The translations under genes were made by a program, and so were the position numbers. Under the pieces are notes generated by a model. It made no database searches and had not been told where the DNA came from. It saw nothing but the letters and a program-made list of their open reading frames with translations. 64,000 bases of DNA from Candidatus Latescibacterota bacterium (GTDB taxonomy: Bacteria > Latescibacterota > UBA2968). Position 1 is the stretch's first letter. Every line of letters starts with the position of its first letter. Where the stretch lies: NCBI GenBank assembly GCA_965204375.1, contig OZ241986.1:1216001-1280000 (forward strand), given 5' to 3'. Of this stretch, positions 50,081-59,963 are shown piece after piece.

Positions 50081-51028
50081 ATGATGGATAACGTGCGCGT
50101 TGGTGTGATTGGATGTGGCGGCAGGGGCAGGGGACACATTCGAACTTTGGATGGATTTGAAGATGTGCATCTCGCAGCGGTCTGCGATCCGGTTGTGGAG
50201 ATCCGCGAGTCCGTGTGTGAAGAATACGGGATTGAAGGACAATACGGCGATGTTTACGCAATGCTCGAAGGCGAGGCTCTGGATGCGGTTTTTGTCGCGC
50301 CTCCTGCACACTTAAATGCCACGCTTGCATTGCCGTGTCTGGAGGCTGGTGTCAATACCTTTTTGGAGAAACCTCCCGGTTTGAGTTTGAAAGAGACCGA
50401 AGCGTTAAAAGCCGCATCGGATGAAACGGGTGCAAAATCCATGGTGGGGTGGAATCGGCGATTTCATCCAATCATTGTCGAGGCGCGGAATCTGGTACTG
50501 GATCGCGGTCCTGTGACGCAATTGGTGGGGGAGTTCCACAAGAGTATCACGGATTTGGGGAATTCGGGCAAGTTTGCCGAGGTGCTGATGGATTGTATGC
50601 TTTTTGAGACGCCGATTCACGCGATTGATACGATCCGTTTTTTGGCTGATGCCGATGTTTCCGAGGTTCACAGTGTGGTGCAGCGGTCTATGTCCGGTTA
50701 TCGGGATGTACACGCGGCTCTCGTCGCGTTTGAAAATGGCGTTGTCGCGCAGCTTATTCACAATTATACGACAAATGCCAGACTGGAGCGCTACGAGATT
50801 CACGGGCACGAGATTTCGGCTTATATGGAGGGCGTTTCGCGCGGAGAGGTTTTTTGCGATGGCGAGAAAAGAGCGTTGAGTGGGGATGGGTCGGGCACAG
50901 ACGAACAGAACCGATTTTTTATCGATTGTGTCAAAAAAGATCGCCCAGTCGCGCTTCCCGCGGCAAATTTGGATGAGGCGATTAAGACGATGGAACTGGC
51001 CGAGGCGATTATGGATGGGACGCGATAG
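50081..51028 (+). CDS. Gfo/Idh/MocA oxidoreductase
   Basis: GCGGRG, EKPP, NRRF, IHAID. Confidence 0.9.
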   Translation: MMDNVRVGVIGCGGRGRGHIRTLDGFEDVHLAAVCDPVVEIRESVCEEYGIEGQYGDVYAMLEGEALDAVFVAPPAHLNATLALPCLEAGVNTFLEKPPGLSLKETEALKAASDETGAKSMVGWNRRFHPIIVEARNLVLDRGPVTQLVGEFHKSITDLGNSGKFAEVLMDCMLFETPIHAIDTIRFLADADVSEVHSVVQRSMSGYRDVHAALVAFENGVVAQLIHNYTTNARLERYEIHGHEISAYMEGVSRGEVFCDGEKRALSGDGSGTDEQNRFFIDCVKKDRPVALPAANLDEAIKTMELAEAIMDGTR

Positions 51029-51093
51029 GGCGAATAGACGAATAGACGGAGAGATATACAACTGGTTCAAGCCACTTTTTCCATTTCTTTCTA

Positions 51094-51122
51094 TTGACAA
51101 TATTTTCCGAATCCCGTAGTTT
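51094..51122 (+). promoter_or_regulatory. Putative sigma70 promoter of tRNA-Pro
   Basis: TTGACA-17 nt-TAGTTT. Confidence 0.6.
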
Positions 51123-51136
51123 TCAGATATTAGAAA

Positions 51137-51213
51137 CGAGGTGTGGCTCAGTCCGGTAGAGCACCTGCTTTGGGAGCAGGGGGCCGGGGGTTCAAATCCC
51201 TCCACCTCGACCA
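51137..51213 (+). tRNA. tRNA-Pro(TGG)
   Basis: CGAGGTG...CCTGC-TTTGGGA-GCAGG...GTTCAAATC...CACCTCGACCA. Confidence 0.97.
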
Positions 51214-51216
51214 ATA

Positions 51217-51309
51217 ACAAGGGGTTGTGATCAAAATGTGCAACCCCTTGTCGTTTTGAGGGATGGAAGAAAAAGCGCCCGTGCAAAATCGCACAGGCGC
51301 TATCTTTTT
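51217..51309. terminator. Two hairpins between the convergent tRNAs
   Basis: ACAAGGGGTTG/CAACCCCTTGT and AGCGCCCGTGC/GCACAGGCGCT, with A/T tracts on the flanks. Confidence 0.65.
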
Positions 51310-51383
51310 TGGTTGCCCCTCAGGGATTCGAACCCCGATACCTGGAACCAAAATCCAGTGTCTTGCCATTAGACGAAGGGGCA
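51310..51383 (-). tRNA. tRNA-Gln(TTG)
   Basis: TGCCCCT...CTGGA-TTTTGGT-TCCAG...GTTCGAATC...AGGGGCAACCA. Confidence 0.97.
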
Positions 51384-51440
51384 ATAACTTGTGTTGAGGG
51401 CTAAATATAAATTTTTAGCCGATTACTGGCAACTTTCTTT

Positions 51441-53123
51441 TTACTTCTTCCCACCTCTCACCCTCGCCCATGTGTCGCGCAGGGTGATTGTTCGGTTTAA
51501 TACGAGCTTTTCATCTGATGAATCTGGATCGACACAGAAATAGCCCAGGCGTTCGAATTGAACCACACTGCCAGCTTCTGCTCCTTTCAGGCTCGGCTCG
51601 ACATAACATACGGGACGCACTTCAAGGGAGTCGGGATTTAAGTTGTCTGTAAAGTCCTGTCCATCTTCAGTGCGGGTTGGGTTTTCAGTCATGAACAGCC
51701 GATCAAATAATCGCACTTCGGCTTTTAGAGCGTGTTTGGCGGATACCCAGTGCAGGGTTGAGCGCACCCGGCGTTTATCGGGCGTTGTGCCGCCGCGGCT
51801 TTCGGGATCCCAGGTGCAGCGCAGTTCGATTATGTTGCCGTTGTCGTCTTTTATTGCTTCCCGACAGGTGATATAACACGCCGCGCGCAATCGCACCTCT
51901 CGTCCAGGCGCAAGACGGTAAAATTTGCGCGGAGGATCTTCCATGAAATCTTCCCGCTCAATGTACAATTCCCGCGAAAAGGGCACGGGGCGCGTGCCTG
52001 CATCGGGGTCTTCGGGATTGATCATGGCTTCAAATGTCTCTTCTTCGCCTTCGGGATAGTTTTCAATGAGCACTTTTAAGGGGTCGATCACGCCCATTAC
52101 CCGAGGCGCGACTTTGTTCAGGTATTCGCGGATATAGAATTCAAATAAATCTATTTCCGCAGTTGTATCCCGCCGGTTCATTCCCACGCGCCAGATAAAA
52201 TTTTTAATGGCTTTCGGCGGTATCCCGCGCCGTCGCATGCCCGAAAGCGTGGGCATGCGCGGGTCGTTCCATCCGTTTACGAGATTGCGTTCGACCAGTT
52301 GGGTCAACATGCGCTTGCTGGTCAATGTGTAGGTGATGTTTAGCCGTGCAAATTCAATTTGTCGCGAGGGAAAGATCTCTAATTGCTGGATGTACCAGTC
52401 GTACAGAGGGCGGTGTTCTGCAAACTCGATGCTGCACAGCGAGTGCGTGACTTGCTCAATGGCATCGGATTGCCCGTGCGCCCAATCGTACATTGGGTAA
52501 ATACACCATTTGTCGCCCGTGCGATGGTGCGATGTGTGTTTGATCCGATACATGACGGGATCGCGCATGTTCATATTTGGCGATGCCATATCGGCTTTTG
52601 CGCGCAATGTACACGCACCATCGAGAAAGTCTCCATTTTTCATCCGCGCAAATAGGTCGAGATTTTCCGATACGGTGCGATTGCGATAAGGGCTGTTTTT
52701 CCCCGGCTCTGTTACTGTGCCACGGTATTCGCGTATTTCCTGTGGACTCAAGTCGCAAACATAGGCTTTTCCCTGTTGAATGAGTTCCACGGCATAATCG
52801 TAGAGTTGGCCAAAATAGTCAGAGGCAAAGTACAATCCGTCGCCCCAATCAAAGCCCATCCATTTTAAATCTTCCTGGATAGACTCGACGTATTCGGTGT
52901 CTTCCCTGTCCGGGTTGGTGTCGTCAAACCGGAGATTGCACTGTCCGTCAAATTCCTCGGCGAGACCAAAGTCCAGGCAAAAAGCCTTGGCATGGCCGAT
53001 GTGCAGATAGCCATTTGGCTCTGGGGGGAAGCGCGTTACGATTTTTTTGTGTTTGCCATTTTTTACGTCTTCGCGAACAATTTCTCGGATGAAATCCGTT
53101 GGTGCGTCTTCAGTTGTTGCCAT
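51441..53123 (-). CDS. glnS: Glutamine--tRNA ligase
   Basis: [40 protein letters not shown]. Confidence 0.97.
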   Translation of the reverse strand: MATTEDAPTDFIREIVREDVKNGKHKKIVTRFPPEPNGYLHIGHAKAFCLDFGLAEEFDGQCNLRFDDTNPDREDTEYVESIQEDLKWMGFDWGDGLYFASDYFGQLYDYAVELIQQGKAYVCDLSPQEIREYRGTVTEPGKNSPYRNRTVSENLDLFARMKNGDFLDGACTLRAKADMASPNMNMRDPVMYRIKHTSHHRTGDKWCIYPMYDWAHGQSDAIEQVTHSLCSIEFAEHRPLYDWYIQQLEIFPSRQIEFARLNITYTLTSKRMLTQLVERNLVNGWNDPRMPTLSGMRRRGIPPKAIKNFIWRVGMNRRDTTAEIDLFEFYIREYLNKVAPRVMGVIDPLKVLIENYPEGEEETFEAMINPEDPDAGTRPVPFSRELYIEREDFMEDPPRKFYRLAPGREVRLRAACYITCREAIKDDNGNIIELRCTWDPESRGGTTPDKRRVRSTLHWVSAKHALKAEVRLFDRLFMTENPTRTEDGQDFTDNLNPDSLEVRPVCYVEPSLKGAEAGSVVQFERLGYFCVDPDSSDEKLVLNRTITLRDTWARVRGGKK

Positions 53124-53142
53124 TTTAAGCCCTTTGGGGTGG

Positions 53143-54876
53143 TTAGTTGTTAGTCTTCAGCTTTTTTATTTCACACCTCACACTTTCTACTACCTGATCC
53201 AGAGGCACATCTGTGCGATCATTTTCATGTCGCAGTTTCATTTCCACTTGCCCATTTGCCAGGCCGCGCGATCCCACGGTCAACCGTATTGGGATGCCGA
53301 TTAAATCTGCATCGTTGAATTTTACGCCTGCGCGTTCATCGCGGTCGTCGAGCAAGACATCCACTCCCGCGGCCTTCAGTTGTTCATACAATTTCTCGGC
53401 GGCTTCCAGTTCTCCTGCGGGTTTTCGGCCGGTCAGGACTACGATTTGCACCTCAAAGGGCGCGACCGATATCGGCCAGATAATGCCGTGGTCGTCGTGA
53501 TGGGCTTCGATAATACAGGCCAATAATCTGCCCACGCCAATGCCGTAACACCCCATGAAGAGGGGCTGCATTTTGCCGTTTTCATCCAGGACCTTCGCGC
53601 CCATGCTGTCGCTGTACTTTGTGCCGAGCTTGAAGATATTGCCCACTTCAATGCCACGCGTGCTGTCGAGCGGGGCTTCGCATACTGGGCAGGGCATGCC
53701 TTTTTCTACGGCGATGAGGTCTGTGACGATGTCGGGATCAAAATCGCGTCCCACGTTGACATTCAGGCAGTGATACCCTTCCTCATTCGCGCCGGATACA
53801 AAATTTGTCCCTTTTGCTATGGCTTCATCTACGACTACGATTGCATTTTTTACGGCCATTGGCGAGGCATATCCGGGGACTGCGCCGACTGCGGTGATTT
53901 CCTCATCTGTTGCCGGACGCAATGCCTGCGCCTTTACCGCGTTGGCGAGTTTGGTCTCATTCAACTCGTGATCGCCGCGCAATACGGCAAATATGAACTT
54001 CTCTTCGCCACTTATTGTGCCGATTAAAAATACGGCTTTGGCCGTTTTGCTCTGCGGTACATTCAAAAACGACGCGACTTCTTCAATGGTTTTGCAATTG
54101 GGAGTCGCTACTTTTTGCAGGGGTTTTTCGTTTTCCTCTTCAATGGTTTCCCGCTTATATGTCGCCACCTGTCGATTGGCTTGATAACCGCAGGTATCGC
54201 ACAAGAGCAGGGTGTCTTCACCGCCCGGGTTTAAGTACATAAATTCATGCGCTTCTGTTCCGCCCATCATTCCCGGGTCGCTTTCTACTGAGATGACGTG
54301 GTCGCCCAATCCCGCGTGCTCAAATATCCGTTGATAGGCCTCGTACATGCGCGGGTAATACGCATCTAAATCCGCCTGATCGATGTGAAAACTGTATCCG
54401 TCTTTCATCGTAAATTCGCGTACGCGAATCAATCCGCCTCGGCTACGCGGTTCGTCGCGGAATTTGGTCTGTAGCTGAAACGCGCTCAATGGCAATTGTC
54501 GATAGCTCTGTACCATGTGACGCGCCAAATCGGTTACGGCTTCTTCGTGTGTCATTGCCAGACACATGTCGCGGTCTGCGCGGTCTTTCATGCGCATCAT
54601 TTCCTGGCCCACATCGTTCCATCGACCACTCTCGTGCCAGATTTCCGCGGGTTGTACTACGGGCATCGAAATTTCAAAGCAATCTGCGCGTTCCATTTCT
54701 TCGCGCAATATCTGTTCGATCTTTCGCTTCACGCGTAATCCCAGCGGTAAAAAGCTAAAAATTCCCGATGCTAGAGAGCGAATCAGCCCCGCACGCAAGG
54801 CCAACTGGTGACTGATTGCCTCTGCATCTGCAGGCACTTCGCGCAGGGTTTGTGTCAATAATTGAGAATAGCGCAT
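53143..54876 (-). CDS. proS: Proline--tRNA ligase (bacterial type, with editing insertion)
   Basis: [36 protein letters not shown]. Confidence 0.97.
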   Translation of the reverse strand: MRYSQLLTQTLREVPADAEAISHQLALRAGLIRSLASGIFSFLPLGLRVKRKIEQILREEMERADCFEISMPVVQPAEIWHESGRWNDVGQEMMRMKDRADRDMCLAMTHEEAVTDLARHMVQSYRQLPLSAFQLQTKFRDEPRSRGGLIRVREFTMKDGYSFHIDQADLDAYYPRMYEAYQRIFEHAGLGDHVISVESDPGMMGGTEAHEFMYLNPGGEDTLLLCDTCGYQANRQVATYKRETIEEENEKPLQKVATPNCKTIEEVASFLNVPQSKTAKAVFLIGTISGEEKFIFAVLRGDHELNETKLANAVKAQALRPATDEEITAVGAVPGYASPMAVKNAIVVVDEAIAKGTNFVSGANEEGYHCLNVNVGRDFDPDIVTDLIAVEKGMPCPVCEAPLDSTRGIEVGNIFKLGTKYSDSMGAKVLDENGKMQPLFMGCYGIGVGRLLACIIEAHHDDHGIIWPISVAPFEVQIVVLTGRKPAGELEAAEKLYEQLKAAGVDVLLDDRDERAGVKFNDADLIGIPIRLTVGSRGLANGQVEMKLRHENDRTDVPLDQVVESVRCEIKKLKTNN

Positions 54877-54996
54877 TTCTATCCCTTTAGAAAATCCTTG
54901 GAAAAATATAAACAAAATATGGAGGCAAGAGCCAAATATTGTGTTCAGTTTGATATTGTGGACGATTTGGCATCACATAAAGTTTCACGATGGGCA

Positions 54997-55677
54997 TCAT
55001 GCACGTCCAAGTGCGATTAACAGATCTGGACGATTCGAGCCGATGGCGTCAACTCCCAGATCTATAACACGCTGTATCTCTTCAACCGTGTCGGGATTCC
55101 AGGCGCGGATCAGGAGGCCGTGTGCATGGGCTTTCTGGACGAGCTGAGCGTCAATATTGGGATGCAGGATGTGTATCCCTGTCGCTCCCATATCTACAGC
55201 TTGTTCACACGCATCAGGTGGTGGATTCGACCACAACGCGCCCAGCGCCAGGCTCGGATTGAGTTGACGCGCTTCGCGCAGCCGCTCATGGACAAAGGAG
55301 GTCAGAAGTACCTCGCTTTCTATATTATTTCGCTCAACCGTCCGGACGACCGGCTCGGCGGTGTCTGGCCCCTTTAGTTCAATCTGAAGAACCACCTTCC
55401 CGCGCACCAGATCTATCACTTCCTGTAGCGTCGGAATGCGCTCTCCTTTGCCGGCGTCCAACAGCTTAATTTCCGCTAACGTAAAGTCGGCGACTGCACC
55501 CTGTCCATCGGTCGTTCGATCTACGGTGGTATCGTGAATGACGACGAGGTGCTGATCGCGCGTGAGATGCACGTCAATTTCGATCTGATCGACGCCGAGA
55601 TCTATCGCTTTTTGCATAGATAGTAGCGTGTTTTCAGGTTCGAGTTCTGCTGCTCCCCGGTGTCCTGTAAGAATCAT
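54997..55677 (-). CDS. Glycerophosphodiester phosphodiesterase
   Basis: GHRG, PENT, EIDV, IHD, IELK. Confidence 0.93.
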   Translation of the reverse strand: MILTGHRGAAELEPENTLLSMQKAIDLGVDQIEIDVHLTRDQHLVVIHDTTVDRTTDGQGAVADFTLAEIKLLDAGKGERIPTLQEVIDLVRGKVVLQIELKGPDTAEPVVRTVERNNIESEVLLTSFVHERLREARQLNPSLALGALWSNPPPDACEQAVDMGATGIHILHPNIDAQLVQKAHAHGLLIRAWNPDTVEEIQRVIDLGVDAIGSNRPDLLIALGRA

Positions 55678-55705
55678 TTGAGTCCTCTCTGTAGTAATGA
55701 AAAAT

Positions 55706-56521
55706 CTATCCAATTTCGACGACTAACCCATCTTCGCCCACCATGACTTCGCCATTATATTCTTTGCGAATCTGGTCGCCCATGCGATGCACAGCTTGTA
55801 GATCACCCGTAATGTCTTCGATTACCAGATGCTTGATTATCACGCGTTTTACATTGGCTTCAGTTGCGATTTCTGCGATTTCTGGCGGTGTAATATGCCA
55901 CGATCCCCAGGGTTGGGTCGCCAAAAATTCAGCGGTGCCCGAACATTCTATGGACAATAAATCGGCATTTTGACAGAATGCTGAGAATTCCGCATCGGGA
56001 TTTCCGTCGCCCGTGATTACGACGCGGTGATCTCTGGTATCGATGCGGTAGGCGAGCGTGGGGATGCCGCCGTGATCTGTGAATGTTGCGGATAATTGAA
56101 AGTCGTCCGTGGATAGAAATTCACCTTTTTCCCCGATCTCAATGACTTCTGGATCGAGTACACTGTCGTCTTTTCCATGCCCAATTCGACTTTGAATATC
56201 CTGCTCAAAGGGCGGGCGAATCACATGCGATATAAAGTGTTTTGTTCCGACGGGACCATAAATTTGAAGGGGCTTTTTGCGTACCTTTACCCATCCCACA
56301 AATACGAGATAGGGGACATCGACGATGTGATCGAAGTGCAGGTGCGTCAAGAATAGTTGATCTACATCTTCGCAATTCACACCTGCGCGTGCCAGATTTG
56401 TACACGCCGACCGACCGCAGTCAAACATCCAGTTTTCATTGCCAATTTGCAATAATTGCGATGGTCCGCCGCGATTGGGATTGTCTCGCACCGCACCGCT
56501 GCCGAGCATGATATATCGCAT
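55706..56521 (-). CDS. MBL-fold metallohydrolase (RNase Z/AtsA-like)
   Basis: LGSG, FDCG, THLHFDH, TGD; start reassigned to MRYIML. Confidence 0.88.
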   Translation of the reverse strand: MRYIMLGSGAVRDNPNRGGPSQLLQIGNENWMFDCGRSACTNLARAGVNCEDVDQLFLTHLHFDHIVDVPYLVFVGWVKVRKKPLQIYGPVGTKHFISHVIRPPFEQDIQSRIGHGKDDSVLDPEVIEIGEKGEFLSTDDFQLSATFTDHGGIPTLAYRIDTRDHRVVITGDGNPDAEFSAFCQNADLLSIECSGTAEFLATQPWGSWHITPPEIAEIATEANVKRVIIKHLVIEDITGDLQAVHRMGDQIRKEYNGEVMVGEDGLVVEIG

Positions 56522-56531
56522 GGTTAATCCT

Positions 56532-57494
56532 CTATAATGGTCCGTTGACGGGGAATTCGGGTTTTTGTCCGTTGAGGACGCGCACGATATCCGCTGCGAC
56601 CATTGCCATTTTTTGTATTGATTCAGCCGAGTGGCCGGAATAATGGGGGGATAGGAGGACGTTGTCGAGTTCACACAGGGGATTGTCTGGGGTTGCGGGT
56701 TCTCGTTCAAAGACGTCGATGATTGCGCCGCCAATTTGTTTGTTTTGGAGTGCGGTTACGAGTGCCCGTTCGTCGATGACTGGCCCGCGGCTGCAATTGG
56801 CGATGATGGCGTGGGGTTGCATGCGGGCGAGTGTATCGGCATTGATGAGGTGATGCGTGCTGTCGAGGAGGGGGACGTTGAGGCTGATATAGTCCGAGGT
56901 AGAGAGGAGGTCGTCCAATTCCACGCGGCGCACATTCAGGCGATTTTCCTCTTCTGTGGATGCGGGAAATTCATCGGTGTAGATGACGTTCATTCTGAAG
57001 CCGAGGGAGCAGATTTCCGCAAGGCGCTGGCCTATGCGACCAAACCCGATAATGCCCAGGGTTTTGCCCAGTAATTCTGGGGCGTGTACGCGGTCTCGGA
57101 GCGCCCAGTCGCCGGAACGGGTTGCGACATCGGCCTGACCAATTTTGCGCGGCAGAGCTATGAAGGACATGGCGAGATATTCGGCGACGGCTTCAACGGG
57201 GGCACCGGGTGTGTTGACGACGTAGATACCGCGCTGGGTGGCGGCGTCAATGTCGATGTTATCGACGCCAATGCCATGGCGACCTATGACTTTGAGGCGC
57301 GGTGCCCGGTCCATTACTGGCCCGTCGATGAAGCCTCGAGCGCGTGCGAGAATGCCGTCAGCGTCTTTGACCGAGGCGATGATTTGATCGGGTTCAAAGC
57401 CTTTTGCCCAGAGGATTTCGCAGTCGTTTTTGAGGAGGTGATCTTGTCCACAGGGATGTACGGGTTCAAAGAGCAGGATATTGAATTTTGCCAC
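56532..57494 (-). CDS. D-isomer-specific 2-hydroxyacid dehydrogenase (SerA-like, no ACT domain)
   Basis: GIGVDNID, GFGRIG, NCSRG, DVFEREP, SPH. Confidence 0.92.
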   Translation of the reverse strand: MAKFNILLFEPVHPCGQDHLLKNDCEILWAKGFEPDQIIASVKDADGILARARGFIDGPVMDRAPRLKVIGRHGIGVDNIDIDAATQRGIYVVNTPGAPVEAVAEYLAMSFIALPRKIGQADVATRSGDWALRDRVHAPELLGKTLGIIGFGRIGQRLAEICSLGFRMNVIYTDEFPASTEEENRLNVRRVELDDLLSTSDYISLNVPLLDSTHHLINADTLARMQPHAIIANCSRGPVIDERALVTALQNKQIGGAIIDVFEREPATPDNPLCELDNVLLSPHYSGHSAESIQKMAMVAADIVRVLNGQKPEFPVNGPL

Positions 57495-57638
57495 GGTGCG
57501 TCCTTTCTATAGTTGTTTTGTGAGAAATATAGTGTATATCCAGAGTGTGATTTTGTCAAGGTGCGAGGATTTTGTTTTTTTGATATTCCGCCTTGCTTCA
57601 TTTTTGGGTTTTATATATATTTCATTGCTCTATGAGGC

Positions 57639-57713
57639 GACCCCGTCGTTCAGTGGTTAGGACACCGGGTTTTCATCCCGGCAACGGGGGTTCGATTCCC
57701 CTCGGGGTCGCCA
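57639..57713 (+). tRNA. tRNA-Glu(TTC)
   Basis: GACCCCG...CCGGG-TTTTCAT-CCCGG...GTTCGATTC...CGGGGTCGCCA. Confidence 0.97.
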
Positions 57714-57735
57714 TTAAAATTGAATGTGTTATTCA

Positions 57736-57768
57736 AAGGGTCGTGATCTCACGGCCCTTATTTTATTT
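57736..57768 (+). terminator. Intrinsic terminator after tRNA-Glu
   Basis: AAGGGTCGTGA-TC-TCACGGCCCTT followed by ATTTTATTT. Confidence 0.7.
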
Positions 57769-57848
57769 GTGGATGAATGGGAGATACAAGCTATATTGGG
57801 GAATGGTCTGTTTGTTGATCAATATCCCGAATAGAGAAAGGAGTTCTT

Positions 57849-58985
57849 TTGACTATTGCACCTCTTCTTTCACCAGAGGCTTTTGAAGGTATTGAAGGCA
57901 TGACACATCTGTGTACGGGGGGCGAATCCCCATGGCTTAAGAGTCAGGCCGGGGTATATGCCGAATTTGCCAGATTCAAGGGTGGATCGCACAAGGGCCG
58001 CGATAAAATTTACGACCGAGGAGAACGCTGTCGCCAGCGCATGGGACAGCTCTGGAATGTGCCAGCGAATCGCATCGCGTTTATGCCTTCTGCTGCCGAG
58101 GGCATGGGCTGGTTTTCGCGGGGGTTGGACTGGCAGAGTGGCGATAATATTGTGACCAATAATCTCGAGTTTCCCTCTGTGGCGTATGCGTGGAAACATT
58201 TGAGATCCAGGGGCGTTGAAGTTCGTCTGGTGCCGCACGAAAAATGGACGGTGCGCGAAGAGGATCTGCTCGACGCTGTTGATTCTCGCACGCGCGTTCT
58301 CGCTGTTAGCCATGTGGGGTTTTACACGGGGCAGTGTTTGAATTTAGATCAACTCTCTGAGGGTGCGCGGAAGAAAGGCGCGTTATTCGCCGTTGATGCC
58401 ACGCATTCTTCGGGTGTTTTGCGCGTGCCAGCGCAGTTGACCGATCTGACGGTGAGCAGCAGTTACAAATGGCTTCTGGCAACGCACGGCACGGCGCCTT
58501 GTTATTTGAGCGAACGCGTGGAAGATCAGGTGGCTTCGACGTGTTTTGGTTGGCACAATCTCAAGGTGTGGCCCGAACAGACTGCCGAGCGCGATCCCGA
58601 AGTTGCCGAACAACCGATGCCTGAAAAGCTCGAGCCGGGAAATCCAGCTATGCAGGTGATTATGCATCTGGATCACGCGCTGGGCGTGATTTTAGATATT
58701 GGTCCCGAGAAGATAGAAAATCACGCTCGCGATTTGTCCGAACTGGTGTCTCGAGGGCTTGCGAAGCTGGGCTATGAGGTTATTTCGCCAAATAATAGGG
58801 AAGCGCGGTCGGGCAATACCTGTTTTGCGTGTGAGGATGGTCGCGAGATGGTTTATCGCTTGGAGGAGCGCAATGTTTTTTGCTGGGGCGAGTTTGGGCG
58901 GGTGCGCGTTTCCACGCATTTGTATAATGGTAGCGATGATGTGGCGCGATTGCTCAATGCGCTGAGTGAAGTAATCCGCAGATAA
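57849..58985 (+). CDS. Class V aminotransferase / cysteine-desulfurase-like PLP enzyme
   Basis: EFPS, VDATHS, SSYKWLL, RVSTHLYN. Confidence 0.9.
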   Translation: MTIAPLLSPEAFEGIEGMTHLCTGGESPWLKSQAGVYAEFARFKGGSHKGRDKIYDRGERCRQRMGQLWNVPANRIAFMPSAAEGMGWFSRGLDWQSGDNIVTNNLEFPSVAYAWKHLRSRGVEVRLVPHEKWTVREEDLLDAVDSRTRVLAVSHVGFYTGQCLNLDQLSEGARKKGALFAVDATHSSGVLRVPAQLTDLTVSSSYKWLLATHGTAPCYLSERVEDQVASTCFGWHNLKVWPEQTAERDPEVAEQPMPEKLEPGNPAMQVIMHLDHALGVILDIGPEKIENHARDLSELVSRGLAKLGYEVISPNNREARSGNTCFACEDGREMVYRLEERNVFCWGEFGRVRVSTHLYNGSDDVARLLNALSEVIRR

Positions 58986-58988
58986 AAA

Positions 58989-59052
58989 TGTAGGGACGGG
59001 TTGAACTGGCCTGTGAGGCGGCCAGTTGTACATCGCTCCAAACCCGCCCGTT
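58989..59052. repeat. GTAG-type REP-like palindrome interrupted by dispersed repeat copy 2 (59002-59037)
   Basis: TGTAGGGACGGGTT [GAACTGGCCTGTGAGGCGGCCAGTTGTACATCGCT] CCAAACCCGCCCGT. Confidence 0.6.
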
Positions 59053-59072
59053 TTTAAGAAAGGATATTAACC

Positions 59073-59903
59073 ATGATGAAATTGGGTTGTATGTCTCTGA
59101 GTTACAAAGATCAGTTCACTGCTGGCGAAATCGATATGGCGGGGTTTATCGACAAGGCGTATGGTCTGCGTCTGGATGGGATTGATATTCACACCCGCGC
59201 GTTTGAATCTGAAGATCCGGCTTATTTACGGGATATTCGCATGCGCTGTCTCAGGCGCGGTCTGGTGATTTCGTATCTCGGTGTGAGCAATGATTTTGGC
59301 AGGCCCCAGGAAGAATTGCAGGAGGTGATAGATACTGTCAAGCACTGGGTCGATGTTGCAGAGTTTATGGGTGTGCCACTCGTGCGGATTTTTGCGGCGT
59401 GGAATCGCAATGATGAGCCTGAAGAACAGGTGTGGGATCGCATGATGCCCTGTATGCAGGAGGTCGCAGAGTATGGGCAACAAAAGGGCATTGTTCTGGG
59501 CTTACACAATCACAATCACGGGTGTGTTACGCGCACGGGTAAAGATGTGCGCCGAATTCTCGAGACGGTCGATAATCCCTATTTGTCCCATATTCTCGAT
59601 ACGGGGCAATACGTCGGGTCGCCGGGGTCGAGCGGTCAGCGCGGGACAGAAGATCCGGCATTGGATTTCTATGGAAGTATTGCGGAGACAGCCCCGCTTG
59701 CCGTGCATGTCCGCGCAAAGGTCTATCGCGTCTCTACGGGAGAAGAGGTCTGGCTGAATTATCCGCGCATTTTCGAGATTTTGAATGGGGTGAATTACAA
59801 CGGCTGGGTGTCGATCGTGTATGAGGGACAGGATGAAGAGGCAGAAGAGACAGCGGTTCCCAAGGCTGTGAATTATCTAAGACAATTTGTGCCGGAGGGA
59901 TAA
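59073..59903 (+). CDS. Sugar phosphate isomerase/epimerase (AP-endonuclease-2 TIM barrel)
   Basis: VRIF, HNHNH, LDTG, HVRAK, SIVYEG. Confidence 0.88.
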   Translation: MMKLGCMSLSYKDQFTAGEIDMAGFIDKAYGLRLDGIDIHTRAFESEDPAYLRDIRMRCLRRGLVISYLGVSNDFGRPQEELQEVIDTVKHWVDVAEFMGVPLVRIFAAWNRNDEPEEQVWDRMMPCMQEVAEYGQQKGIVLGLHNHNHGCVTRTGKDVRRILETVDNPYLSHILDTGQYVGSPGSSGQRGTEDPALDFYGSIAETAPLAVHVRAKVYRVSTGEEVWLNYPRIFEILNGVNYNGWVSIVYEGQDEEAEETAVPKAVNYLRQFVPEG

Positions 59904-59963
59904 AGAAAAAGCGGCAATGCGCTGATGGTCTGGCGTGCCGAAGTTTGCAAAAGGGGAGAGGTC

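Noticed and set aside
50405-51384. ORFs spanning tRNA-Pro and tRNA-Gln
   Set aside because: Spurious translations of tRNA genes and antisense sequence.
57593-57886. 97-aa ORF upstream of the aminotransferase
   Set aside because: It overlaps tRNA-Glu and its terminator.
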